A stretch of 64,000 nucleotides of DNA. Source: Phoronis australis. Taxonomy: Eukaryota > Animalia > Phoronida. The notes under the pieces were generated by a model, which saw only the letters and a program-made list of their open reading frames with translations, was not told where the DNA came from and did not search any database. The first letter of the stretch is position 1, and each line of letters opens with the position of its first letter. Location of the stretch: NCBI GenBank assembly GCA_002633005.1, contig NMRA01000015.1, forward strand, positions 132,054 to 196,053. Direction: 5' to 3'. The translations under genes were made by a program, and so were the position numbers. This document shows, piece after piece, positions 26,202-39,195 of this stretch.

Positions 26202-28043
26202 TTTATGTGTAACTGGCGGACGACATTAAGTTGGAAAGACTACACAGTAAATCATGTCGAAGCGGGTGTCGAACTCAACACCGCTGGATGTACAAGACGT
26301 TCTTATATATACACACAGTTCAGCTATAAATACTGCACAGGTTTCAGGCCAAGCCAAGCAAATACGGTAGCTGAAAGGGAGACAAGGAAAGCTAATGATT
26401 TCATTGGCTGATTTTCCGGAGATACTAGAAGCGAAAAACATGGATTCGTGGTCTTTTTCTGACAGTTTGGCAGATTATGAGAACTATTATAATATGATGT
26501 AAAACAATAACACCAATAACGCATATGCCACAAATACGTCAAAGGTCGTAGAAATTTGTGTTTTAATTAGCCTAGATAGGAATGGTTGCGAACTAATCAA
26601 TGTATCGGCTTTTGGGCACCCGGCAGAGCGAGGCAGGTCATGTTATGTTATAATAATAAGTTGTGATGTTTACAATAACATCGGTAATCGCAAGTTCAAT
26701 AGTAGAGCCTGATCCCTAGCGCAGATGACGAGACATATCGTCGGTTAAAACACTAACAGCGACGACTGTAGATCCTAATTAGGAGGACACAAAAGTTCCA
26801 AGTTTCGCTCGTTCTTTCAATTATTTGCCCGCTAAAATGTTCTTACAAGCACTTTGTGAGGACACTTTCCATGTGATATTTGTCCGAAAAACTTTTTGAG
26901 AAAAAAGTCCAAAATCCATTGTATTAGAGATAACAATGATCTGTCTACAAAAAGAGAGACTGTTACCGAACTATTCAGTTTCACAGCTGAAAATGATAAT
27001 TTATTTTAGTTTTTTCACTGGCGACACAATAAAGGAATTTTATTGTAGAAATCACAACAGCGCAAACGTTTACTCATGTAGACGGAATTAACAGTAACAT
27101 TCTTATGCAAGAATTGGATCACACTTTGCGTTATCCGTACAAACGACAATTTCTTTTTTAAAGACCCATAGAACACTAGCCCTGGCAAGACTAGAGTTCT
27201 ATGCAAGAACCGATACCCATCTAAGACAGCATTCCTTTCCCGGTGAACACACCGGTACCAGGGCTTCAGACTTAAATTGCGTCTCCAGTACACCTGAATC
27301 CAACTTGAAGCAGGTGCGGCGTGAGGAGAATGTATGAAGGTTAGACGTCAACTACATCGACGTTTGCCAGTGCATTAGTTTCCATGATTGCGCTCGATCC
27401 ATTCCATAGGGGCCGATCCATTCCACAGGGGGCGAAGAGCAGCGTGCAAGAACGTGGCATAAGTCCATCCTTAAGACAATCTATTGAAATACTTTTGTTT
27501 CTGTTCGTCCGATTGTCACTCCTATACTATGGATAAGTAGCTCGATATTTTGTTCACTTTTCATTGTCAGGACGAACTCAATTTGTTGCAAATATGAATC
27601 GCGCGAAAGCTGTGGGAGAAAACAAAACGTAATTTTAATTTATTGGGGATTTGCAATTGATTTTAGGACACAAGACTCCACAACAAAAATGTTACTTAGT
27701 TGACAACTAGATTAAGGAACAAAAATGAATAGGTGACAACAAAGGGGTTGAGACTGAGATGGAAACGAAAGATTGAAAGTGATGACAAAATGACTCAAAC
27801 AAAGATTAATGCGCAAGCCGGAAATCAAAATTAATGTTTCCCTTAGTGAGCCGACCGACCGGTTACACGTGCGCGATTCGAAATATTTGATCGTTAATTT
27901 TTTTCGGTTGAAAATACATGTTTGACGCAACAAAAATAAATTTAGATACCCCGATAATAAATTATTTTGGCAGTCGAACTCATAATCAACTTTACTTTTT
28001 CGAAATTTATTTTTTGTTTACAAACCAAACAAAGTACAAATAC

Positions 28044-28277
28044 CATGCGCGCACCCAGGGGGGGGGTTCGGGGGCTCTCGAAGGATCCCCCCATTTGGCG
28101 AAGTGGACAAAAAGGTCCGTCTCAGAGAAACAAAAAGTCGTAGAAAACGAGAAAATGAGACAAAAATCAGGAACTACCAAAATTCGGCGAGTGCACAATT
28201 CATAGCTTTTTTAGTAAAAGGTCCACATTCTCAAAAATTCGAGCCCCCAATTATTTTTTAGACTGGGTGCGCGCATG
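28044..28277. mobile_element. MITE with 15-bp TIR CATGCGCGCACCCAG
   Basis: Perfect TIR; flanks AATAC/AAAAC (5-bp TSD, 1 mismatch); an inverted sibling copy lies at 38165-38425. Confidence 0.85.
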
Positions 28278-28329
28278 AAAACTTAAGTGTTTATTTTAAC
28301 GAGTTTTAAGATTTTCAAGATACTGCTCA

Positions 28330-29336
28330 AATTTTGAGTGATTCAGCTGGGCGTGCTCTCGGTGCAGCTATAATTTCTAAATTTGATAACCTGGAAGACA
28401 TTGGCTATAAAACTTTTAACCATCTCTATTCTGTATGTGTACAACCCATTACGGAATATTGCTCTGGAGTCTGAGGATTTCAAGATTTTCATTGTTGTAA
28501 CTTTATGTAAAACAGAGCTATGGGGTATGATTTTGGTGGCCATCGCTCAGCTCCTATTGGTGCCGTGAGAGGTGACATGGGTTGGAGTCACCCGAAATAT
28601 AATCATCACATAAACATGGTTTGTTTGTGGAGTAGAATATTGTGTTTTAATTGTGGAAGACTTACCACAAAAGTTTTTGAATGGGACTATATCCAAAACA
28701 ATTCAAATTGGTTTTTAGAGATAAAAACAATTTTCAACTCTTGTTAGTTAAATCATATATTTGAATCTAAAATTAAATGCAATATCACTGTTTTACAAAC
28801 AAATCTCATTAATACTGTGGTGGATGACTGGAAAAATACTGTTAATCAATCACTTACATTAAGAACTACAAAACTTTTAAAAAGGACTTTTTCAATTAAA
28901 ACTACTTACGTTCGTAGATCCCTTTTATCACACTCCATATTGAAGGTTTTCTAACACAGATCTCTGTAACAGACTGTGTTTGTAACTTGCACGCTGTTGG
29001 GGATGAAATTCGTTTCCTCTGCCATTGTCCTTTTTGTTGTTTGACAAAACCACACTTCTTCTCCCGGATTTCGACCTGTTCAGTTCTGAAGACAAACTTG
29101 CTATTTAATGTAATAATTTATGTAATGATTAGGGTGGTATTCACTTAATTTCTTAAATAGTTTTGAGCTTCATATCAAATTTTATGTGCATTGCTGTTCT
29201 TGTATTTTGTTTGAAATGACTAATAAGTTCAGTGGACTGGGTGTTTAAGTTAAACTGATCGCTGTTATAAGTCCAGTGGGCTAGGTGTTCAAGTAATACT
29301 GATCACTGTTATAAATTTATTTTCCTTCTCTCTCTC
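28330..29336 (+). pseudogene. 3' remnant of a LINE ORF2
   Basis: Frameshifted motifs VQPITEYCSGV*GF, NRAMG..APIGAVRGDMGW, LWSRIL..RLTTKVFEWDY and a C-terminal Cys/VGDE motif; ends in a (CT)n tail. Confidence 0.75.
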
Positions 29337-29970
29337 ATAATCACCACAGAGTATTTGCAGAAAGTTTGTATTCTTTTGGCAAGCTTTTTGGTATTAGTCG
29401 TTACCTCAATGATACTCTTAATTTCAAAGCTCTCGAACTTAACTCTATCATTAAGAAATGGACGACATTCCTGTAAAGATTAAAGCTCACTGCCTACAGT
29501 TCTGCTGAGCCTATTGCACCTATGCCATTACTGGAGAATCCAGAAAATGCTTTGGTAACTCCAAATTTCTCATTGTTCCTTTTTATTTGTTCATTTCATT
29601 TCCAAAGGTGATAATTTTCCCACGAAAAGTAGGCGAATGACAATTTTATCGTGTCGAGAATGTGCGTACTGTGTGTCCGAAGTAAATTGCTTTTCATTGC
29701 AAGAAAATGTTCAACTCAAGTGTTTCACATTTAGACACATGCGCAAAAGTGTCTTTCGTACACAGAGAAAATACCTTACCGTGGAATACAGCCACAGGCA
29801 TCGTCTCCGCCCCTTGCGAAACATTACGCGACAAAGTTGAACAGTGCAGTGCATTTCAGGCTCACAAGTGAACTTTTATGTAATTAGTAGGAATAACAGA
29901 AAAAGTCAAGTTCAGTGACTTTCTGTTGCAAAATTGGTTTTAATGTTTTCATATGTCTAAACACAAACCT

Positions 29971-30373
29971 GGGCCCGGTCTCTAATCTTTGTACTCGAAA
30001 CGAACTCGAAACTATTTTTGGCAATTTCTCTGCTCCTTTTGTGCGAACTTAAGATAATTGGTTATCAGACTGTGCTCGAATACACTATAGTTTATGCATA
30101 GGAGTTTCTAGTTCAAGTTTGCCCTTGAAGACCCTTATATTCGTGTTACAAACTCGAGTAAAAACTCGAAATTTCGAGTTCAAACTCGAACTTATTGCTT
30201 TAATATTGGGTTTACAAACTGTGAACTAAGGGCAATACATTATCTACGTAAGTTATTGTGTACTCGAGCGTAGAATAATAGACACTTATCTTGAGTTCGC
30301 CCAAAAGTAGAGTAGAAAATGCCAAACCTAATTTCGAGTTCCATTTCGAGTAAAAAGATTGGAGACCGGGCCC
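29971..30373. mobile_element. PIF/Harbinger-like MITE
   Basis: ~30-bp TIR GGGCCCGGTCTCTAATCTTT.TACTCGAAA / TTTCGAGTAAAAAGATTGGAGACCGGGCCC; internal ACTCGAA repeats. Confidence 0.85.
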
Positions 30374-31284
30374 CGATAGGAACTTTAGCGGTAGTGAAGG
30401 ACTGCTCCGAACCATACGCCTCAACCAGACGATATACAAAACTAATGCTGCATACATCGACATCATAAAACATATTGATGTCTATGACTGCATTCATAGG
30501 CATCATAATACAAGCTGATGTCTATGAATGTATAACTAACTGATATGACCAGAGAGTGAATGAGAAGGAAAATTAATTTTAAAAAATGTTTGGTTGACTT
30601 TTAAAAACAATTTAATGAACCTTCTCATTAAAACCCAATGCCGAAAATGCCGACAGTTTTCTACTGAAAAACAAAATTAATTTTGTTTTAAATTAAGTTG
30701 GAAACTAAATACATGTACATACTGTATGTCCAGGCCAATCACGTGAGCACGTGCATCACTCGTTAAGTTCTTCACAACATTCCACGAGCCAACTACCTAA
30801 GAATATAGAAAAAATGATTGGAGAACGCCTATATCGCAATCATCACTGGCTTTACTCAATTAGATCGCCTAATGTATAAATGCGCTTGCTCCTATTCCAG
30901 ATATAGGCGCAGCCGAATATAGACCAGGCGGCATGCGTCTCTCAAAGTGAAGCTTTTTAAGTTATGAAAAACTTCAATTAAGGTTACCATTTTGTCCTCT
31001 CCATGAAAGAAAATTAGTTTTTTTCTTTTTGTCTGACAGTTTTCCAGATTTGCATGTTTTATAGAGTAAGACAATCTGAAGCGGCCAGTAACGCGATATA
31101 TGTTTACCAGTTACACAAGTTTTTGTGTTGGAAAGTTTAGCCGCACTCCCTATGTGGACGAAGCTCCCCGGGACATATTGTTGGTGGTTGGGGGAGAGTG
31201 TCCTTCCTAATGATTTACAAACGTAGATTATGGGCTGGACGACACTTTCCTCACATGGGCTAATCATGCCCACCTTCAACAATA

Positions 31285-33597
31285 CGCCTAAATCACAATC
31301 AAGGTCCATATTCAAGAGTTGACTGTGTTACGGTCTAAAATAAATTATGTTCTGGTCACTTACTAAATGCCTACTGAATCTCATATGCAAAAAGTTATTT
31401 AGTTGTGCAAAATAAAAAAGAATCATCAATATCGGACAATGTTTGAGAAATTTATGCATGTTTTTGTCTATGATTTTCATGCATTTCTAGCGTTACGAAT
31501 GGTCATTTTAAAAATAACAATTTTCAACTGTCAAGAGTAGATAAGACATTTATTTTATCAAGTAAGCAATTGCTTAGATGTGACTGGGAATAACTTGAGT
31601 CACTTTCAGAATCCATTAGATGAAGTTGTGCTTAATCATTGAGAAACAGTAGGGTTCATCGTAAAACAGGCACTCGTTCCGAAATTTGTAAATTCTATGT
31701 TTCTAACCCTCACCTACAGTAAAGAAGGTTAAAAACTTAAGTTCACACTCTGTAATAAAAAGAATTGCAGAATATGTTAGCCTAGGCAACACAGCAAATT
31801 ATTCAATATCTAAACAAACCAAAAGTTTGTAAATTGGCTGGGTTCTGCTATGTTGAAAACGGGCCAAAAAGGCTAACAAAATGTAGTGTACTACCCCTAT
31901 GTGGAATTCAGTAACACAATGGTCATTTCAAATGAAATTATCACCTTTTAAATAACAACATGGTGCTTATTATCATCAAAGAGAAATAAATGGCCATACA
32001 ACATTATGTTACCATGTTGTGCAGAAACAGTGATGTAGTGTACGTACCCCCTTTTGTAGTGTACGTACCCCCATGTTTACAAATGCTATGAAATTGAAAT
32101 ATCACCTGGTAAGTGAACAATATTTGTCATAGTTTCCTTCCTTTAAAAGGGTGTTTATTGCAAATACATTTGTTTTGAGAGAAATATTAGCATTTGTGTA
32201 ATGTACGTACCCCTAAATTTTAATATGTCCCCATTTTCAAAGTATGACCGATATGCACATGAATGCTGTGCTTTTTGAATTGATTTAGTAAATCAACTAA
32301 CTTTCAGTAGATTCTTAGTATTTAGTTACAAACCTGACATGTCATTGAAATGTAGTGTACGTACCCCTGTGTAGTGTACGTACCCTGATGTGAACAAATA
32401 CCACGAAACAAAAATATTACATGGTAAGTATGCAACATTTGTCACAGACAGTTTCCTCCATTAAAAATGCTAGGTTAAAAGAGTGTTAATTACAAATGCA
32501 TTTGTTTTGAGTGAAATATTAGCATTTGTGTAGTGTACGTACACCTATCATATTTTAACATGTGCCCGTTTTCAAAGAATGACTGACAGGTATGCACATG
32601 ACTGCATGCTGTACGTTTTATTTGTTCTTTTTGAATATTGGTAAATGAACTAACTCTCAGTAGATTTTAATTATTTTTTATAAACCTGAAAAGTCATTGA
32701 AATGTAGTGTACGTACCACTGTGTATTGTACGTACCTTCAACCTCTGTGCTATATAGTATTGCCCACAAGCATTTTTACATACTGCTGTTCTCATGAATA
32801 ATACTGATATTTTCAAAATTTATCCAGTCTGACTAAAAAAACAATGGGCATTATCAAATTTGTGGACAATAAAATGCCACACAGGACTTAGTTTTTGCTT
32901 AACATCCTAGAAGACACGTGATAACTGATGTTGCAGAGGCAGGTTCTCTATCTCTCAAGACGACTTGCAACAAACCAACAAGTAGAGGCAGCACAAAACT
33001 CGAGACCATCCCATATATTTGTAACTTAGTCAAAATTTGACGTTGATTGACTGTGCATAGTGTTCGTACCCCACAACCAGTACCATTTTTTACCGTTTAC
33101 AAGTGAAACACTGGCCTAGCATTGTAAATAACTATTTTGATCAACTGGTGAATGTATTGAAAACTAGCCATGCAAATAGCACCAATAAAGTTTTTGGAAA
33201 AAGTAGTTACTTGTCATTTTCTTTTTGTAAAAATCATACTGCAAGAGAAGAAGTTCTCATTATACTGTGTTAAGATATGCAGTGTATCGTCATCTAGAAC
33301 AACTTGATCAGCACGGTAATAACTTTTCTTACTTTAGTATGTGATACTTCAATTTAATCAAAAACTTATTAAATTAACAGTCACCTTACTGTCCACAAGT
33401 TGTACGTACCCTTTTATATAACTGTGATGCAATAGGCCACAAAATTTTATTCGGTGGTTCTTGTGCAAAAAATATTTTAGATTACAAACCTGGAATGATG
33501 GCACTTTAAAAATAACTCAGCTTTTACAGTTATATGACAACCTTCATTTTTCACCAAAAGTGGCCACCGAATATGGACCTTGATTGTGATTTGGCCG
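31285..33597. mobile_element. 2.3-kb non-autonomous TIR element (Sola-like by inference) with internal repeats
   Basis: 24-bp perfect inverted core AAATCACAATCAAGGTCCATATTC (31290-31313 / 33569-33592); ATA on both flanks; ~11 copies of GTAGTGTACGTACCC and a ~320-350-bp internal duplication. Confidence 0.8.
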
Positions 33598-34459
33598 ATA
33601 GGGATTCACAGCAGTTTACGTAGGTAGTATTCATGCAATTAATTTTGAGTTTCTTCCACCAGTTTTGCCTTTTAACGGCCACTGAACAGCACCTAAGGTC
33701 AGCCTATAGACTAGAGAGATCAGTAATTAAGCCACCCTTCCAAACCTCCCCTAAAATTTTTATGGAGACCCATAAAAACAAATATATAACATACAAATTT
33801 ATTTATAGTTTTCATCAAACAAAGAAAAGCAAACAAAATATCAAAAGATACATTAAAAACAAATGGGCAACTTCTGTAAAAGTTCAACAAAATCAATTTA
33901 CAGCAAATGCTGTTCATGGCCCACTCAGCCTCATCCCCAAGCCTCAAGATGGCGGTGATCAGTTTAACCATTTGAGGCGTGGTTATGGAAGTTGCCTTCT
34001 GCGCAATGATTGGCAGCCGTCTTGACCTCATTAAAACAACGGTAGATTTTATTTATTTTCACAGCCATTATTGCTGCCATTCATAAAGCAGAAAGCATTG
34101 TTTTGGTTATTTTCGGAAATAAAGGTTGTTCGCGTACTTATTTTTCATTTCTTTTTTATATGGTATCATAGAAATTAATCTGTTTCCCCGAATACATTAT
34201 TTTTGCAATAATTTAGACCTAAATACCTTGAAATTTTCTACTGTTATACATAAAAATGAAAACTAACAGTATAACAGTAGAAAATTTCAAAATTATATTA
34301 CAGGTGATATTCCAGCGATTTTTGTAAAAATGTGTCAGAATTCGAACACATTTCATTTCCCATATGACCAAGCCTCAAATGGCTAAATATTCAGTTGAGG
34401 CTTAGGGACGAAGCTGTTCATAGGTCAACCACTTCACCAACTTTCATTTTTGTAGCAGG

Positions 34460-34795
34460 CACCCCCTATCTGACTTCAGCATGAACACAACTGTGGACAA
34501 AACTTCAAAATCAGCGCATATGTAAACAACGACATACTGATCGACGTTTGGGTTTAACCCTGAAACCATTCTTAAGACATGAGACAAAAGTTCACAATGA
34601 TTCCAATCAGGTGAAGAACAGACTGTATAGGTACAGTCAAAATGCATTGTGAGGGGAAAGACAATAAACCGACCATGGATCAATGTCTCTGTTTACATAT
34701 GCGCTGATTTTAAATTTCGTACCTACATTTTGGACCGACAAAAATAAATGTGAACAAGGACAAGACACTGAGCCCCTCAAAACAGCAATAGGGGC
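34460..34795. mobile_element. Degenerate palindromic MITE
   Basis: 22-bp perfect inverted repeat AAAATCAGCGCATATGTAAACA (34507-34528 / 34690-34711) with weaker outward pairing. Confidence 0.55.
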
Positions 34796-35470
34796 AAGTA
34801 TCAAAACAATAAGCAATAGCCACCTATCATGTTGATAAATATCAAAACAAATCTTTGGCAATTCCTGCTAAGAGAAATTTGAAAGAGATTAGTGCAAAAC
34901 TGACAGCATAAAATCCTAACAACACTGCACAAAACTTTTGGAAAAAGATCCACAGAAAATCATATTCACTGATTTAGTCTGGAAAACACACACACATCAC
35001 ACAAGTATCAATTCTTTTCCTCAGTACAGTTTACAATTCAAACAGCACAAGTCATGGACAGGTAACATCAAGGTTGATAGCAAGGAAGGCAAACTAATGC
35101 AAATAGTAAATTAAGTTTGTGCAGTTGAAGCCAACATCTATCATGGTTTTCCACCTATCTTAAGAACAAATCAGTGGCACAATTTTCTGGTTTCATAGAA
35201 TAAATAACTCTACTAGATTAATAAGTAATAAAAGAAAGCATAAACAACATACAAAATAAGATACAATTGGCTCATACATATACAATATGGACATATAACC
35301 TATACCATGGATACAATACAATATGCATGGCTTGGTTCTTGAACAGGAGAATGAGAGTTGATCTCTAAACTAAAATCAAAGGTCTTTTCTTCAACTGTCG
35401 ATGTAAAGGCAAATCCATCCACAGACCTTACTCAAAGACTAATCTCATTGACCACCACCATTATTGTATC

Positions 35471-36047
35471 CTTGCTGATTCCCTACGTACCAAGCCAGCA
35501 CGCAGGTATCATGCAGTGGCATGCGCTTTAGCATTGGTTGATGTAACCTCAGCAGTCATTGGTTAGTTTTACAACTCCGTGAAAAAATGGCGGACTGTGA
35601 ACGATTTTTAGCCTTGTCATGGAAGTGGCGTCAAAGCAACTATTTCGTTTCTGCAGTGATATTTAACAGGCGCGTGCTTGAAGCACGTACATGTACAATA
35701 AACACATTTCTGGCCGAACCGGTGTGTTATTCATACTGTATGAATACAGGACAGTATCGTAAACAAAAGTCATCGACAGTAGAAAGATGCACACCGAAAA
35801 GGTGCAATCACAATTTCTAGGATTCACTTTTCCTGGACATAAATTTTAAGCACTGATTTGTCTGTACAACAGACCACATTTACACTTCAGTCCATCAGTC
35901 ATGGCAATTTGTTTGCGTAAAGTGCTGCCTGTTGAGAATTTGACTAGCCAATCAGAAACGCCGGTGTAAACAAATTTCCCGAGGAAAATTACGTGGTAAC
36001 TGCGTGTTGGCTACTGACCACCTAGCGACACGCAGGGAACCAGCGAG
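35471..36047. mobile_element. Degenerate palindromic MITE
   Basis: Ends CTGATTCCCTACGT..GCCAGCACGCAG and CTGCGTGTTGGC..ACGCAGGGAACCAG; inner CATTGGTTAG / CTAGCCAATC pairing. Confidence 0.6.
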
Positions 36048-37944
36048 TTATTGTGTCATGGACAGCATTGACACTTAGCGGATATGTGCTCCGATGAAGT
36101 ACGGAAGACGTCGACTGCCATGGCCGATTTTATTTTGTCAAGTTCAGAATTGTGAAGTGTCTTTGATTAAGATGTTGAGAATGTCAAATATGAGTGGTGT
36201 ATTGAAAAAATACACATACCCCGGTATGCAAAATAGTTAATCAAGAAAAAAATCGTTGGGGGCTGAGATAGCTCCCCTCCCAATTTTGCAGGTGTTAATA
36301 AGAGTCACTTAATTAACAGTTATTTTTTTAAGTTTCAACACACAAACCTTTTTTAGAATAAAATTGAAAAATTAACAGACTCTCCCCCTAATGAAATGTT
36401 TCCTACGCCAATGCACAAAAACTGCCCTTTTATGACATCCCAACAGGGGTCCAGATCTTTGTTTAAAAAATTCGCACCTTACAACATTCTACATTCAAAC
36501 AGAGGATCCTTGACCCTGCTGGATCCATCCCTGTCGGGGTCTGAAATCAGTAGCGACTGGGAGAGGGATGTGGTGAGTGAAACTGGGGGAGGGATGTGGT
36601 GTCAGTGAAACTGAGGGAGGGGGTTAAACACCAGCAAGGTGTGGAATTCCTGCATGCAGTCCATTAAACCTGTATTGTATGTCCCTCTAAAACAGCCAAG
36701 ATGCCTATTGAGTACACGGTCTATTTAGAGGAAATTTTTTTCGATACCCTCCAGATCTCGTAAACCAAGAAAAAGTCATTTTCATCAACTCACATGTTAT
36801 TAACTCAACATCAACAGTTAGTTAAAGGCATTCAGCCTACATCAACATGTAAAAAATGTCCAACTTTAAAGTATATAACACAGGTTCTTTCCCCACCTGA
36901 TGTAAGACCTGTGTCAAAACAAAAATCTAAACAACCACATTGTCAGTGAGTTTTGGGTAGTACGCATACCACCTATTTAAGTACCCAATGATTTAGGGCA
37001 CAGTTTGCCATTAGAGAAGCAATTCCTTGCTATGACAAATATTATCAAGCAGGTAACCAAACCATACACTTGAATTTTATTATGCCATGAATCCCATACC
37101 GCAATAGAAAATAATTATGCATCTTGAACTGCAGTCAAAATTGCACAAAACGCGATGCATCTCCGCCACGTATTTCTGTCATGTTTCGTTAAACACTGTT
37201 AAGCCATTTTGAAAATAATTTTGGACAAGCACTATTTTGTTAAAAATGGGATATCAGGACTGATTTTTCCAAAAATAAAGTGGTGTTGGCATATCCCAGC
37301 CATAAAGTTTAATACTGTGAAGTTTCACCAGAATAAAGTCGCTTTTACAAATAATTGAGAGACAAGGAAAACATTGTGGATGCAGAAAAATGCTGCAGTA
37401 GTGTTCAAACTATAACCACCTAAGTGAGCTTAAATTGCATATATATGGAATTACGCGTACATCAGACAAAATAAAGTGGAACTTGCAGACTGATTGCTTG
37501 GCCAAATTAGTTAAAAAAACAAAATATAACAACGTTTACATAAGGTAGGTTGAAAATTGCCATTAAAGTTTTTAAGAACAAGTTTTGTAATGAAAATGAT
37601 CAGCCGTAAATCAATCAACTATGTCCAGTAAGTATCGTGACGTGGTGTTGGGTAATAACACTTCATGAATTGGGCTACGTGAGCCCCCATATAGGTCATT
37701 AAAGCAAAGGTCACCTATTTGCAGATTTTTTGTTTTCCCATTTACAAGTTCTCAATGAATACAACTGCACGTAAACCATTTTTTGCTATAGTCATAGAAA
37801 TTTTTGTAAAACACACATAACACTGACGAAAATGAGTCAATATTAGCATAGTGAAGTGTCAAAATGAATTGAACCTACTTTATTAGAGGCTCTTACATCT
37901 AGTAACTGTGAGTAACTCCTTTGGCCCTGTTGAGGAAGGCTCGT

Positions 37945-38961
37945 GATATGAAATAGCTACAGGTACAATACAATGAAAATCCCAAAACACACAAAAGTTC
38001 CAAAACATAGCAATCAGCAAAGCACAACTCAGTGTAACAGTGTCAACGACTCATGGGAAATAAGTGCATCGAGTGAAAGCGTTTCCGAACACTGAATGTG
38101 AATGGTTTCACGCAGTGAATCAAGCGATAGCCACTAGTATCACTGTCAATAATCATAAACCTACCATGCCCGCACCCAGCCTAAAATATAGGGGGGGCTC
38201 GAATTTTTCAGTATCGATGTTGACATTTTACTGAAAAAAAGGGACTAAAAAAAGGTGCTACTACGTTCAGACCTATGAATTGTGCATTCGCGCTGACTTC
38301 CTGTGAGCTTTTGTCTCGTTTTCTCGGACTTTTTCTTTCTCTGAGGCATACCTTTATGCCCACTTCGCCAATTGATGGGGGGCCCATTCGCGCCCCCCGA
38401 GCCCTCCCTTCTAGGGGCGCGCATGCCTACATTCCCCAGGGGCCTCTACAACTGAAGCAGCATCTAAAGATATGTGAATTCTTATCCCTAAAATTGATAT
38501 ACTACACAGGTTTTTAGAACAAAAGGAATTTATCTTTTCAAAACTTCAAGTAAACTTGAGTTTGAGCACAACTAATACAAGCTGAACAATCGTCGTGTTT
38601 TGACTGTCAATGACAATGGTTTCAACTTACGCGGTGCTATCTTGGAGTAAAAACCTACATAAGGTACACTGAAATATAAGGAGTGTTGCTGGGCTTAGGC
38701 ACTCCTAACTAGATCTCATATCATTTGAAACTGTGTGAAGCCATTCACATTCAATCTTCAGGAACGCCCTCACTCAATACACATGTTTCCCATGAGTCGT
38801 TGACACTGTTACACTGACTTGTGCTCGCTGTTGCTATAGCCAGTCCTGTTCTGGTATTTTTGTGAGTTTTTGAATTTTCTGTGTAATGTACCTGCAACCA
38901 TCCTGGTATCCATTCTCTGAATAAAGCTTCATGGTGGATGTTTTACTGCTGAAACGTGTCG
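37945..38961. mobile_element. Penelope-like retroelement 3' ends in inverted orientation
   Basis: Arms ~37945-38135 and ~38716-38910 are inverted copies. The plus strand from 38716 reads SYHLKLCEAIHIQSSGTPSLNT (GIY-YIG C-terminal LKxxEAxxI..PxLN motif). Confidence 0.7.
38165..38425. mobile_element. MITE, inverted sibling of 28044-28277, 5-bp TSD CCTAC
   Basis: CCTAC|CATGCCCGCACCCAG ... CTAGGGGCGCGCATG|CCTAC; internal similarity to the 28 kb copy. Confidence 0.85.
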
Positions 38962-39195
38962 CTACATTTTAGAAAATTTGTTGTCTTTGTTCAAATTTTA
39001 CTTGAATGTGTTCATCAGTGCGAGATCTTTTGGTAGAATGTATGACTTTATTGTTAGTACAATGGATTTATCGCGGTAAGTGATTTCCGCAGCTTTGAGA
39101 AGCTTTGTAACCTGAAGAGCGAAGAAAGCAAACTTGGAAACCAACTTTCTTTGGAACTGTCTCAACTTTAATGTTTATCTGAAGTTCATTTGTTT

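Noticed and set aside
31880-33415. Repeated 15-bp motif with intervening spacers, superficially CRISPR-like
   Set aside because: Eukaryotic DNA, irregular spacing (20 to >300 bp), duplicated spacers, no cas genes, and enclosed by transposon TIRs.
39111-39152. CTGAAGA..GAAAC, possible second hammerhead ribozyme
   Set aside because: No convincing stem II closing directly onto GAAA and no flanking stems found.
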